Of a DNA stretch of 64,000 nucleotides, positions 39,441 to 52,500 are shown piece after piece; positions within the stretch are counted from its first letter, which is position 1, and every line of letters begins with the position of its first letter. The stretch is from Podarcis tiliguerta. Lineage: Eukaryota. The DNA lies in NCBI GenBank assembly GCA_965153285.1, contig OZ229114.1, one strand, 5' to 3'. Position numbers and translations under genes: made by a program. The notes beneath the pieces are model-generated. The model did no database searches and was not told the origin of the DNA. It was given only the letters and a program-made list of their open reading frames with translations.

Positions 39441-42015
39441 CATGAAAGAAATGTTCCTTCATATAGCTCATAGTCAAACTATGTAAATGATGGCCACAGT
39501 ATACAGTAATGACCACCAAACGAGGTGGGAACAATTTGTGGATGTTGTCGTTTCAGGTTATTCCAGTGCTAATTGAGAAACAGAATATGAGGTCAGAATA
39601 TAGGTGATGGGGGGATTTGAAAATGGTCTACATTGAAGTGCTTAGCTGGGAGCCAGTAACCCTTTTAATATTACTTCAGGCCATTTTTCTGACACTACTT
39701 GATAAGCAGAAGTTCAAAGAAAATTGTTGTTAAATAGAAATATGCTATAGATAAAGAGGACCAGTTGATTAGGTGTGTGTTGAACTATTAGTCTGTTTTT
39801 GTACGATAGCCAGAATTTTAGGAAATATTTAAATACAATGAGGTAAAAGAATTGCATTTAGACTAATAAAGAAAATTGACTATCTGTACTGCAGTAATAA
39901 AGAAAAATAGCACAAGGCATACACATGCCAATATCAATGTGCATTCAACTGCATTCACAAATGTTGGAGATCCTTATTGGTAAAAGCTGCTTTTATTCTG
40001 GAGAGGATGCTGTAACTCTTTGTCTCAGCCTGTTTTTATCCCTAATCCCCAGTCTCTCTGTGTGTGTCTCTTCCCCTGTCATTATTCTTCTGAGTCCAGA
40101 CAGGGAACCTGTTTTTAATTTTAATCTGTCATGTCTGTCTCATAAAACATTCACCGTATCATATGACTGTTGTGCAATGTTCAAGTGAATATCTCATCAT
40201 AGGAAAAGCTTGTAGAGCTGCCTTGAAATAATATACACCAAACCTTAAAACTAAAAGGGCAATAATTTTATTCAGGTTAGGGCTCCAAATTAATTAGGAA
40301 AACTACCAGACAGCCTGGTTTGGGAGATATCAGACCTGACTCATTGCTGAATGTCCATTTTTTGTTATTTTAATTTTGCACTGTATGTACAGTACTGAGC
40401 ATAAGTGGGTGCTCCATTAAGATGGAAATGACTGGGGTGGCACTGGGCAGATTTCATGCTGCCAGTGGCCTCTGGATTGGGCCTCCTCATTGTAAGTGGC
40501 AGTGAAAAGGAGCCTGGTTGAAATGCCTGGCTTGCTCATGAATGTTTTGAATTAGTAAAGAACTTTGAACCTGGCTCGGTAACACATTGGTAGAGCCAAT
40601 TCAACAGTCCTGATGATTTGCTAATTTCCATTTGCTAATTTCACAAATAGCATCTCATCTTAATTTGGCCCTTAGCTGCAGTATTTTGTAAGAGAATTTG
40701 AATTGGATGCTGTCTGTTCTCCTGAGAATTGAGCACAGTGAATTTGGTGGGCATATTTAAAATCTCTGTGTGGCCAATACGACAGTGAGTTGAAAAACGA
40801 AGAGGTGTACTGTATAGCACACAAAACATGTGTGCATCTTTGATCGATTGTTTTCCTTACAGTTGCTAAAGCACTGTGAAACATTTTAGGCTGGAGAGTT
40901 AAAAGATAGAACATTGAAAAGGGAGCCAAGCCAAATATAAATACCATGTTAACTCTGATTATTCACACACTGATGCTTTTCTTAAAATAAAAGCATCTTG
41001 TTTCAAGGCTGTCACATGGGCTTGATCAAACTGAAAGAATGTCAGGGTTTGCTGATCATGTCTATGATGTATTTATATTCCAAAGAGTTCCAGAGCATCA
41101 GGTAGCATAAATCGTCATATAATGGACGGGAATATTCCCTATCATTATGCAGTGTGCTCCAGTACAGGCAGCACACAGCAAAGTTGTCTCCTCTCCTCTA
41201 ACCTACCCCCAATAACCAGAATGCAATGAAGTGCAAAGGCAGCGAGAAGGTAAAATGAGTTGGGTAAGGGGAAGAGAAGGGGGGGGGGGAAACACTATTA
41301 GAAATGTATGACATTCTAGCAGCGCAGCAGGAACACTGGCCAAGAAAAGCAATATTTTGAACCTCCCATGCATGTGGTTTATGTGTAAAAAACCAGAGAA
41401 GGAAAAGAAAATAGATTTTAAAAACCTCAGTGTTTACGTGAATGCTCAAAAGATGGCAAAAGGTTTTGCAAGTAACAAGGTGATTAATGATGGGAAGCAA
41501 TGAATGGAGACTTCTAGTATAATTATTGTACTAGCTTTTCATGACCAGCACACTGCCTAACAGAGGGCAGTGGGGACCTTTGTCACTGAAAACATAGTTG
41601 AAAATGTTAATACTAACCAATGGCTAGCTACTCAGTAGTTTGCATTAGTAGTGTCCCATAGATCATTTTTCACACATGTTTCTTTTCTTGTTATGATTTC
41701 CCCCCCAAAGAACAAAACAGTAGAATGTTATTATCCAAGACCTGCTGAACTCTTACACTGCTGGAACTCTGCTCTGTGGGTATTAAAATCTTTATTACAC
41801 AGCTTCTCAGCATGCTCCATATTTTTATGACAGAGTCTGGCATTATTCAGTTAATCTTTCTTTTAGTTCTTTTATCCAAAATACTGAGGGTTGTTTTTTT
41901 ATAGTTTAGATAAGCTTTTGCACAGTGTTGCATTTGTGTTTGTTCCTGTTTTGATGCTTTTCTAGTCTAAAATATGATAAAAAGAAAATACTTTTCTGAT
42001 ATTAGGGGGTTGTTG

Positions 42016-42018
<3 letters not shown>

Positions 42019-42052
<34 letters not shown>
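42019..42052. repeat. (TG)17 microsatellite
   Basis: Direct reading. Confidence 0.95.
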
Positions 42053-42053
<1 letters not shown>

Positions 42054-42163
42054 CAGGCATTGATATTCATATTGTTACACACATGGAATATGGAATTAGA
42101 ACCTGCCCACTTGAGAAGGCTCAGAGGTTCCTCTTGCAACATCTTCTTCTGAGAAAGTGAGCT

Positions 42164-42927
42164 TGTGGTTCAAGGGCCCGACCCCCGCGATGTGAAATGA
42201 ACACACAAGGACACGTGATATAAGGTTAAAGGGCAAGAAAAGGCCACAATTTTATTGATTACAGCAGTGAGAAGGTATTGGCTTAGGCATTGGATGTCTA
42301 AAACAAGGGGGTTTATTCACCAGTAGGTGGAGCCTGTTGATGCTAATCCAACTATAGGCTCTCCCCTGATGTCACCGAGGGTCATGCCATGGCCACCCGC
42401 CAAGCAGGCATCAGACAGAATACACGACCGCCAGATTCCTTTAACGGAATACCCAAAAATTGAAGGCATAGGCGATGGCCACACCTAGCTCTTCGACACA
42501 CCACAACACATAATTCCAATGCCTAACCTACCCACCAATACCACAAAAGTTGTGACGATTGCTACGAGGTAGGCGAAAAAACCAAAAAGCCTAATGCCAA
42601 ATGGAAAAATTCCTACCAGGCCCCCTGGACAACCAGGGCGACCAACCTAAGGTCCATAGCAAGGCCAATGAACTAAGACCCTGAACTAAAAGGGAGTGGA
42701 GGGTGGGTGACTCGCGACGAGACGACGAAGGTGAATGAGGCCGAGGAGAGGCTGGCGCCGCAGCTGTAAACGCCCCCTCGGAGGCACCTGATTGGGTGCC
42801 TGCCGAGAGGCGTGGGCGCCAGCCAGGTGGGAGGAGGAGGCAGGGGGCTAACGCCCCCTGCTAGAGGCGGAGCTCGGGCTCCCGCCCACAACCACTCCCG
42901 TCTCTTCCAGGGAGGAGAGTCTTTACA
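42164..42927 (-). mobile_element. CpG-rich LTR-like unit (Ngaro/DIRS-type repeat remnant or solo LTR), antisense to PID1
   Basis: TGT...ACA termini. Minus-strand order: GC box (42881-42887), CCAAT (42791-42795), AATAAA (42312-42317 and 42251-42256). Sharp GC/CpG contrast with flanks; flanks gtgagct / gtgagtt. Confidence 0.7.
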
Positions 42928-43127
42928 GTGAGTTACGGGAAGTTACCCTTTGGATCACTGTCTTAGCACTTTGCACATTGTGTAGACGCAAACATGTGTT
43001 TGCCACTTAACTGGAGGCTGCAACCAATTGGCTGTCTGATCAGTATACCTGTATGATGCATGTTTGATTTCATGTATATTTAAAACATCTTAGATGTGTG
43101 AAGCGGCCTTTTCCTGATATTTGTAAT

Positions 43128-43267
43128 NNNNNNNNNNNNNNNNNNNNNNNNNNNNNNNNNNNNNNNNNNNNNNNNNNNNNNNNNNNNNNNNNNNNNNNNN
43201 NNNNNNNNNNNNNNNNNNNNNNNNNNNNNNNNNNNNNNNNNNNNNNNNNNNNNNNNNNNNNNNNNNN
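43128..43267. other. Assembly gap (140 N)
   Basis: Run of n. Confidence 1.
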
Positions 43268-43429
43268 AAGTCAAAGTGAAGTCATGTAGAGTTGAGATCA
43301 GTTGAAGATTTCTTATGCTAAGGTGTGTATTTTCCCCAGTAACAGCTCTCTGAATAATGTTGCAATATGACCAAGATTAGCTCTGAATTCTCTACTTTTG
43401 TTTTTGTCAATAAAATAGATATTACCTAT

Positions 43430-43601
43430 TCTTGTTGGCATCCATCCATCTCAAGCGACAATGCAAGAGTATGCCATCGGGAATAAATTCAAACTGTTGA
43501 AGAGTAACAGTATCTGCTGTAGCTGTTGAGACCAAAATGGGAGAGACATGTTTTATTGCAGCTGGGGCAGATTAAGGCGTCTGGTTTCACTGATACAGAT
43601 G
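43430..43601. mobile_element. Probable diverged RTE-related repeat fragment
   Basis: gggagagacatgttttattgcagctggggcagattaaggcgtc resembles a recalled squamate RTE-associated repeat; family unverified. Confidence 0.3.
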
Positions 43602-45116
43602 TACCTATTCTAGGTCTTTTTCAGATTCATGTCGGCCCCTGGTCCCTGGCCCCGAACACTGTTAAAAGAAATTGTGGTTTCTAAATGTTATTGTACTAGC
43701 ACTGGGTTGCTGCTTTGTTTTGAAAATGTGATCCAATTCCAAGCTGTGTTAAATGTGATTTTGTGCAGCCTTTGAGTATTATGGTGATGAGTAAAAATTA
43801 AAACATGCCTATTGCAAATCAGTGTGCTGCATTCTGATCACAGTACCAAAGAGACACACAACCACTTTGGACTTTATTGTCTGGTTGATTCAGACAGGAA
43901 AAAGGTGAAGTGAAAGAACAAAATCTGAATTAGCAGAAAGTGCAAACATTTGTGATTACCCAGTAAAGAGATGAGAAGTCCATTTTGAGATTGGAGCTAG
44001 ATAAGAGGAAGCAGTTCCAAATATAAGGGAAGAAATTGAGGGAAAGCACAGATTTGGAATCAAGAGAGATTAGTTACCCATGTATGATTATGGGTAATCT
44101 AATATGGATAATCATGCTTTATGGGTGTTTCATTACAGCCTAGTTGTTTGGGTAAGTTGTAGAAATCCTGCAGAGAGTTCCCATGCGTGGTTACTGTTGT
44201 TTCTTCCAGAACAGAATTTCTCCCCCACTGTATTTGCTTTTACTGCTTTGGGGCCTGTTTTGAAGACATGTTTGTGGTTCATTCAAGTAGAGCAGAGGTG
44301 GGAGTTCTGTAGCTTTATGGAGTGTTTCATATATTCTTTCTTTGTCCATATGATACTTATGTATTTATTTATTCATAACCATTCAGCCAAATGGGTTTTT
44401 GATGGAGAGCAACACATCTTGCATTTCAAAATAGAAGTTGTCCTGAAGGGGACTTAAAATGCACTTGCAGTCAAGGTTCTGAAACTGTTCCCATTTCAAT
44501 GAAATGCATGCTTGTTTCTTTCACAAAGTGAAAGTGCACAGCTATTCTAGTTAGCCTGAAGGGAGGGTGGGGTGTAAGTCCAGATGCTCTCATTCTCTTT
44601 CACAACGTGTCCTGTCTTTATGTAAAATATTGTACATATATAATGTTGATTTATAAAAATACTACAACCTATGTTATTCATGTTCAAAATAAGTGGCATG
44701 TTTTGAAAACAAAGGTAAAATATGAAAACCTACTCCCAAGTAAATCTATGCCAATTTAACCACAACAACGGCTAGCCCAAATAAAATGGTCTTGCATTGG
44801 TTCTGGGTAATTAAATCAAGCTGAACAACCCTAGGAATGCTATGAATTATTCTGAAAATAAGAAGGACGACTGCTTTGGGAAACTGTGCTATTCACAAGG
44901 GTGATTCTAGTGTAATATCAAATCATGATTTGGCAATTGAAAAAACAGGAGGCTATGGGGCTCCTGTGATACCAACCCCCTGTTCCCTTATGTGTGTTGA
45001 TTCCCTGAATCTGATTGTAGTATGAGGCAAACAGTACTTGTGTTTACTCTGCAAACCAACATCAGAAACCAAGGTTTAGAATGTTTGCCTCCAACTTGGT
45101 GGTGAGTCCCTCTGTA

Positions 45117-45308
45117 CAGTAGTCCCTTCAATATACAGGTTAGTGTTTGAAATTTCTCCAGTGTATCTACTCCTTTAGAGGTGGCCCACCACTTTCCTAA
45201 CCAATAGGAATAAGGGATGTTGATGACCCACCATCACCATTCCATGGGATGATGGATGCCTTGACAAATAGGAGCAAACACTAGCCTGTACATTGAAGGG
45301 AATACATC
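45117..45308. mobile_element. Old Tigger-like MITE
   Basis: TA|cagt start; 45121-45149 (agtcccttcaatatacaggttagtgtttg) is the inverted repeat of 45275-45303 with 3 mismatches. Confidence 0.65.
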
Positions 45309-46289
45309 TACGGAGTCACTATGTACAGGGGCACAACCCCCAAACATTTTGAATTAACACCTACCCTGTAGATTGGGTGGGTGTGTCTGTGTGTCATAAA
45401 ACCTGCTCCATCAGATCAAGAACAATGCGATGGTGACGTTGTGTAGGTAACAAACTATCATTGAAACAAACTCCCCCCAATAATATAAAATTCACATAAA
45501 ATTCAAATTATATATCAAGCTATGTAAAATTTATATTAAAAGGCAGGACTTCTGGGGGAAAGAATAAGGGCTACCCGTAACTTTATTGATGACATAAACT
45601 AGGTAGTCTTTTTGTACATCACCTTGGAGGAAGAGTGATGAATAAATAAAATATTTACTCTATAAGAAGTACAGTAGGAAGTGGTGTATGTCCTCCCCAC
45701 CTCCAAGGTATTTTAATTCAGACAGTTTTCTTTTTAATATGAAATCTTTGTCAATGTTTGTCAAAATCATGTTCCACGTGAAGGATATTTACTAGGTTAT
45801 AAAGTAATCTTAAAATCACAAGGATACATTGTTAGAAGTATTTAAAACACTTCCCAGAGAGGACCTGCATGAGTCTAACATGCGCCAACCACGTGCCTAT
45901 GCAAAGCCTGCAAGCAGAATCCTAATGCAAGAGCCCTCTCCCCTTCAGCTAGTATTCAGAAGCTGGCTATAGTTAAAACCAATTATATTAAAAAATCTAA
46001 TATAGCAGACTTGACCCATTCACATTTAATTTTAGTTTTATTAATATAGAAACATAATTCAAGGCAAGGTTTAAGCTATAGTCTATAACTGGCTAGCAAA
46101 AAAAAAGGGGGATAAAATTTAAAAAACCCAAATGAATTAGTCTTAATAAAAAAAAATGCAGAAGCAGAAATTTACAGCTCTATTCCTGCCACATTTTCTT
46201 AAAAACAAAATAAACCAATATATATGAAGCAAATATAAATTCATTAAATGTAATTATCAGTGTCATCTGGGCCCTAGGGGGAGGACAAG

Positions 46290-46390
46290 CAGCAACTTTG
46301 TGGGATTTCCATTGGCATCTGCCTGCCCATTGTGGGAAACAGAACGCTGAACTAGGTAGGACTTTCATACAGCAGCATTTGTCTCATGAA
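46290..46390 (+). mobile_element. CR1-like LINE 3' end fragment, diverged
   Basis: ggcatctgcctgcccattgtgggaaacagaacgctgaactag is similar to 52600-52690. Confidence 0.45.
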
Positions 46391-48191
46391 CTTGTGTTTA
46401 CGTTAACTTCCAAATCCCTGCACCATGCAGGAAGGAGATCACAGAATTTCCATTTCATCAGTTTTATTGACACACAGGAATTAGGTTTCACATTTGCACT
46501 GATTGACAGAATAAGCTTTAGAAATTGCATGTTTTTCATAGTCCTGTCCCCCCCATTCTGAGCCATTAGTGCTGGGAAATCCACAGGAATCTCCATTTGC
46601 TGCACTGTGCAATCATGTTGCTCTTACTGATGAGCATACATATGGCTCTTATTCCTTCTTATTTATGCTTCTTAGATGTGAAACATAATTCTGTCCTGCC
46701 AAGACCTTAGGCCTGTGCTGAAATGACTAACAAAACAGACACAAAAAGTTTATAAATTCCAAGAAGTGAAAAGCAACCAGCACAAATTTAGGGTCGTTTC
46801 TTGATTAGGCAAAGTTGAAGTACTTTTAAATCTCAAAAACATTTCTTTTTCTTGATAAAGGAGGGTTCTGCATCTTCCAAGTACAACTTACTTCAAGTAA
46901 CGGCAAACATCTTGGTTTGTGCTCAATTTCATCTGGCTGGATTAAGCCCATTGATTCTATTTATATCGCCGAAACAGAAGAGATGGCCAACTTTACTTAA
47001 CCATGCAGTTTCTGACGGCTAATTAACTACTGAAAGACCTTCTTGGAAATGGTTCCATTGATGTCTCAAAGTTTCCTGTAGTGTTTGATTTAAGATCTAA
47101 GTCCTATGAAGTAAACTAAGTCTTCCAGTCTCCTCCAAACCAGTAATCCCCCCAAATGCAGTAATTTTCATTCCTCTTCAAAACCCCAACTAGGTAGGTA
47201 TAGTTAATAATGAAAGACAAACTCACTCCTTTTTTAGTGCAGCAGTCATAGTCACATTGAAGATCTAACTTGTAGTTCCTAGTCACATTTAAAATAGCTG
47301 CCATATGGATTGTGGGGGGAAATACAGATGGAATTAGTTGTACATGAGTGGCAAGACTGCTGTAGGTGGAAGCTTGCCTGCGTCAATCTTTAATCTAATG
47401 TTTGACCAGGAGATGACAGAAAAATAAAGCAGCATATTCTGTGTGGGCACTATACTGAGCTTGGTTGGAGCATAAAGCCTTGTTACGTGTCCACCAGCAC
47501 AATGTAAATATTTAAAGGTCCCCGTTGGACAGAGAGTTGTTTAAGAGCCTTCTGTTTGTAATCATTCGTTAAAGTAAACGTTTCTTATTATACATGGAGC
47601 TGTGGTAGGTTTCTGCACTTAAAAGCTTGGCTGAAAAGCTGAAGTCATGTGCAGTTCTTTGAGCACATTGTCATCCTCCCATGTAGATGAGTCTCTCTTG
47701 CTTTCTATGGTAGCAAATTCTGTCATACTGATTTGGTAAAAATGTATATCACTGGCTTGCAAAGGTAGCTCAAACTACAGTTTGAACTTTGGAACAGGGC
47801 CATCGCTATCTAGACTCCAAAAGTCTACCATCTCCTCTGATATGGGCACAAATTATTTGTGACTGTTAGGAACCCAGTCTTCTGCCCTTAAATTCTTGAG
47901 CAGTTTCCTGAAGCAGAACCCAAACAGAAGCAAGGGAAATGTGCCCAGGGGAGGGAAAGGGAGCAAATGAAACAGTAGCTAGAGGTAAGGTGAGCAATGG
48001 AAGGGATGGGATGAAGATGCAGAGAGTCTGAAGGATGAGAACTGGACTAAGTGGCAACTAAAAAAAAGTCAAAGCTAAGCAAGCAGAAATAAACATGTCA
48101 CTTAAATCATGTTGTCTTCACTTTTTACCACAATCTTTTACTCGGTTAGCACCTTTAAAATGTGTTCTTTATAAACACAACATTTAAACTA

Positions 48192-48586
48192 CTGGACCAT
48201 AAAGAAAGCTGATTGCCGAAGAATCAATGCTTTTGAATTATGGTGCTGGAGGAGACTCTTGAGAGTCCCATGGACTGCAAGAAGATCCAACCTATCCATT
48301 CTGACGGAAATCAGCCCTCAGTGCTCACTGGAAGGACAGATCCTGAAGCGGAGGCTCCAATACTTTGGCCACCTCATGAGAAGAGAAGACTCCCTGGAAA
48401 AGGCCTGATGTTGGGAAAGATTGAGGGCACAAGGAGAAGGGGACGACAGAGGACGAGATGGTTGGATAGTGTTCTCGAAGCTACGAACATGAGTTTGACC
48501 AAACTGCGGGAGGCAGTGGAAGACAGGAGTGCCTGGCGTGCTCTGGTCCATGGGGTCACGAAGAGTCGGACACGACTAAACGACAA
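48192..48586 (+). mobile_element. RTE-BovB LINE, 5'-truncated 3' fragment
   Basis: Encodes WTIKKADCRRINAFELWCWRRLLRVPWTARRSN... then, after a frameshift, LMLGKIEGTRRRGRQRTRWLDSVLEATNMSLTKLREAVEDRSAWRALVHGVTKSRTRLND, the BovB ORF C-terminus. Confidence 0.93.
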
Positions 48587-48589
48587 TAC

Positions 48590-48866
48590 ATTTTTCATGG
48601 GGCTACCTTTGAAGACTGTTCAGAAACTTCAGATCATTCTGTATTTATTTGATTCCATTTATGAATTACTGCTCAAGAAATTTATTGAAGTGATTTCGCA
48701 GTAAAAACATGTGAATTCTGCAGCCAGACTATTGACTAGGGCTACTTGTAGGGAGCAGCCCCCATATTAAAACAACTTCATTGGCTATCAGTCTGTTTCA
48801 GGATGCATTTCAAAATGCTAGTTTTGACCTACAAAGCCCTACTTGATTTGGAATTGAGTTATCTTT
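48590..48866 (+). mobile_element. L2-clade LINE C-terminal fragment, degraded
   Basis: MGLPLKTVQKLQ, then ARLLT...ILKQLHWLSVCFRMHFKMLVLTYKAL, separated by an ~85-bp interruption. Confidence 0.7.
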
Positions 48867-49440
48867 TTTTCCAAAAAAGCTGCACTTCTATGCTCTTCTG
48901 ACTTGGGTTTTATTATCTTTGGGGCTCATCTGTCTTTCTTTCCTGCCAGAATTTGAAGTAGCCTGTTTGGGGGAAATCAGGTTTGTCTGGGGCACACCTC
49001 TTTGGAGAAGGCAGGTTTAATGTGACATGAGAACCAGGCTATTGTATACATCATGAATACAAATAAAATATCTTCCCAGAAAGCTTTCTTAAATCAAGAT
49101 CTTGGTGTAACATAAAAGTGTATGTCAAAAAATGTCAATATTTGAAATAAGTGAGCTAGGGAAAAAAATCTTGTTGAACAATAACTGCTTCAATAGGCAA
49201 AACATTTCCTAATAACTTGAGGCAAGGGAGCTGCAAATTATGAGTTCCTTTCCCTTCAGTTGCAAAATTCCAAACACAACAACAGTAACAGTGACTTAGG
49301 AAGTGAAATCTCTCTCACATTAAAGGACCAACAGTCTTAAAGGCACAGAAGCACAAACTTATATAGCACTAAAACCAGACAATATTAATGAAATATCTCG
49401 TGTTCATTCAGAGCTCTAGGACGTAATGTATGTAAGGGAA

Positions 49441-49594
49441 GGGTTGTAGCTCAGTGGTAAAATGTCTGCCTTCAATCTCCAGGTAGGGTTAAGAGAGACT
49501 CCCTGCTTGAAATCCTGGACAGCCACTTCCAGTCAGTGTAGACAGTAATGGATCAATAGTCTGACTTGGTACAAGGCAGCTTCCTGTATTCCTG
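49441..49594 (+). mobile_element. Squam3-like SINE with internal deletion
   Basis: gtagctcagtggta...ctccaggtaggg...ccagtcagtgtagacagta...aaggcagcttcct. Confidence 0.75.
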
Positions 49595-52500
49595 TGTGAA
49601 TCGCAAAAGCCTCACATCGAATTAACAAATTGATTTATATTAAACCAAAGGATTCAGTTCATCAATGTTAAAAACTGAGAAGTTGAATAAGACTATGTTG
49701 TTTGTATTCCTGCTTTTACTTGTCAAATCCTAAGTCTTACAGGTTGAATGGTCTTGCTAGCATAGTGTAAACTGTGTTAACACTTCAAAACACAAATAAG
49801 CTAAGCAGAACTGAAATTAGAAAAATGCCTTAATGTGAACATTCTTGTGTTTGATTTTGTTTTGTCTAATATAAGATCAATGTTGTACAGTTTGCAGGTT
49901 TGTTCAGTGATGCAAAGAATATATTTTCATTTAATTTAATATATTACCTGCTTTACCTGGGGAGATGGATACAGAATCTCCTGGAGCTGTAAGCTTCTGA
50001 TGATGTAGATGGTATACTTGTATGGGGTGTAGGACAGCAACTGCATTGACTTACCATTTGCTTGCAGGAGATAATGGTTCAAAAGGTACCAGCACTGCCT
50101 CATTATTACGTGCGTCCCTTTTTTCCTGCCTCGTTAATGGCAATTTCAAGTTCAGTTCTCCTGGGAAAATCTCCTAGTTAATTGAGGTAGTGACATTTTT
50201 CTGTGATTTAATATAATTATTTTATCAAATCCTGGAAAAGATTAACTGGCAGCTCAATTAAGTACACTTTAGATAAAATGTTGAAGGTGGATGTAGTTTG
50301 TTGAGTTGGTGTTTCTCTGTGCTTATCACCCACATTTTGCAGACATGCTTTTCCTTGGCAAGTAAGGTTTTCCATCTGTTGTGTTTTATCAGAGAGATGC
50401 ACATCTTTGGTGTGCTTTGATCTGCTCAGCTATGATTAGCTGGGAGTGAGGGCCTAATCCATCATGATTTGCTGGAGGGAAAAATATGATCTCTGACGTT
50501 TTTCTGTACCTACTATATAAGAATCCATGCAATCAATCTTTCTGGGGGCAAAACTGGTCCATAAATATATCTTAATATCCCTGGGCATCCCAAGGTATCA
50601 TGAGCAGAGATTAACCATGCCAGTGGCTTTGGACATGAATTACACCAGTGGAGTCTCAAATTTCAGCAGCACCCAGCCACATCTCACCTTCCTTAAACAT
50701 CATAGTTGTGACGTCCCCTGTGGTGCCCTGAGGCTCCTTGCCCTATGCGACCAGTCCCCTAAATCTGGTTCCATGCCCCCTATAGGACCGGTCCTATAAT
50801 TATAATGAAGTGTAAACCTTGCAGTTCCTCTCCCTGTGCTTATGTATCCTGTGTGCATCCTGGATATATGGGAAGAGTGTGAATCTTTTTGGGTGGGAGA
50901 GACAAATGCACATCTCTTGACATAGAACAGTCTTCACCAGCCTAGTGTTGTCTAGCTGTTCTGGATTACAACTCCCACCAACCCCAGCTATTTGGATCTA
51001 TCTATCAGGTTATAATAAAAATAAAAGATCCATCAATCTGATTTTTTTGTTAGAGATATAGGCACATGGTATGTTAAGAAATGGAACATTAAATAGAAGT
51101 CCCCAAATTTTATGTCCAGTATTGTTATTTAGATGTGAAGTGCTAAAGAGATAAGTGAATTCCATATTGTTTCATTATTATTTCCACACCAGTATGATCT
51201 CATTAATTAGGATTTTGTAGGGGTACTATAAGCTGTAGTTCATCCTTTTTTAGTTCCTGTGCAATTAGGAAAATGCACAATTCCATCAGTGCATGCATTC
51301 CTTCCACATCTGTAGCTGTAGAATCACTCCATGTGGGGAATGTAACACACATAAGTTTGACCCATATATAAATCTGTTTCCTTTCCCCCCAAAGTTTAGT
51401 TTGACAGAAGCCAGGATTTAGATGGAAGGCATACACTCTGTTCTGTTGAATAGTTCTAATAAAAATTTACACCACGCTTCATTTTGGCCCACAAATGATT
51501 AAACAGTAATGCAATGCTGCCATGTACCATCCATTAGACTCTATGGATCAAATTATTTACAACAGCTTTTTCATTACAAAATTTATTTTAGCTCATAATA
51601 TAATTGTTGTTGACAGCTAATGCTATCAATCAAATGATATTTTGCCCTTTTTTTGCCCAGTTGATGGATGGCTTTGGTGTCTTTGCATTACGCGTTAAAC
51701 CGAAAAGTTCCACAACAAAATATTTGTGTGCTCAAAACCTGCATTCATAGGGCACAGCTAAGAAATTGCTTCTTTTTGGAGTCTAGAGGTCATAAAGCAC
51801 TGTTCATATAAAATCAATTTCTGGATGAAGGAGGTTCAACAGCCTTGATGTCTTATATTTGTATGTATGCTCGTTTCTCGCCAAATTTCTCATAGCAGTT
51901 CCCATTAAATATTAAGCAAGCCCAATATAAATGTTGTGGACATCTACTGTTTTGTTACCAAAAATGTAATGCCCTAGCCCCTAGATTTATGAAATTTATT
52001 ATTTTGTAGCTTTGTCAAGCAGGTAGGGTGATAAATCTATGAGTCTGTGCATTGCACCTGCTTTGGATGGGAACTGACCTTAGCTCCCATTCAGAAGGAC
52101 CACCATCCATCCACTGATGAAGCATGCCCAGAAGCATGGTGGAGGACAGTGGCTGCCACTACCACAGCAGCAGTGGCAACTGCTGTTTGGACCACCACAG
52201 CTGGGCTCCCCTCCCCCACTCTGGTTGGCAGGGGAGAGAGAGCTCATCATCAGGACCCTGCCAAGGGCCCCCTACTTCTCCAAAGCCCTGCTCCCTTGTC
52301 ACCAGGCCGAATTAAGGCAAGGAGGAGAGAGAGAAATAGCAGTGGAGCAAGACAGAGAGAAATCAAAGGAGCTTCAGACCCTTTTCACTTATCTGTTGGG
52401 TAAGTGACTTGCATGGGGAACACCTTCTAGTGAAGTCAGAATTTGAAAATGACCCAGTCTTTCACCAGGAGGACACACTTTTTGGGGGGGAAATCAAAAT

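Noticed and set aside
41553-41572. CTCF-like motif ctaacagagggcagtg
   Set aside because: Mismatches in the 5' core; expected by chance in 64 kb.
48240-48704. 154-aa ORF as a functional gene
   Set aside because: A frameshifted BovB C-terminus running into an L2 fragment; no RT or endonuclease domain.
52047-52407. Three overlapping ORFs in a GC-rich patch ending near a GTAAGT
   Set aside because: Open in all three frames because of base composition, with no homology recognised. A cryptic exon cannot be excluded without RNA-seq but is unsupported.
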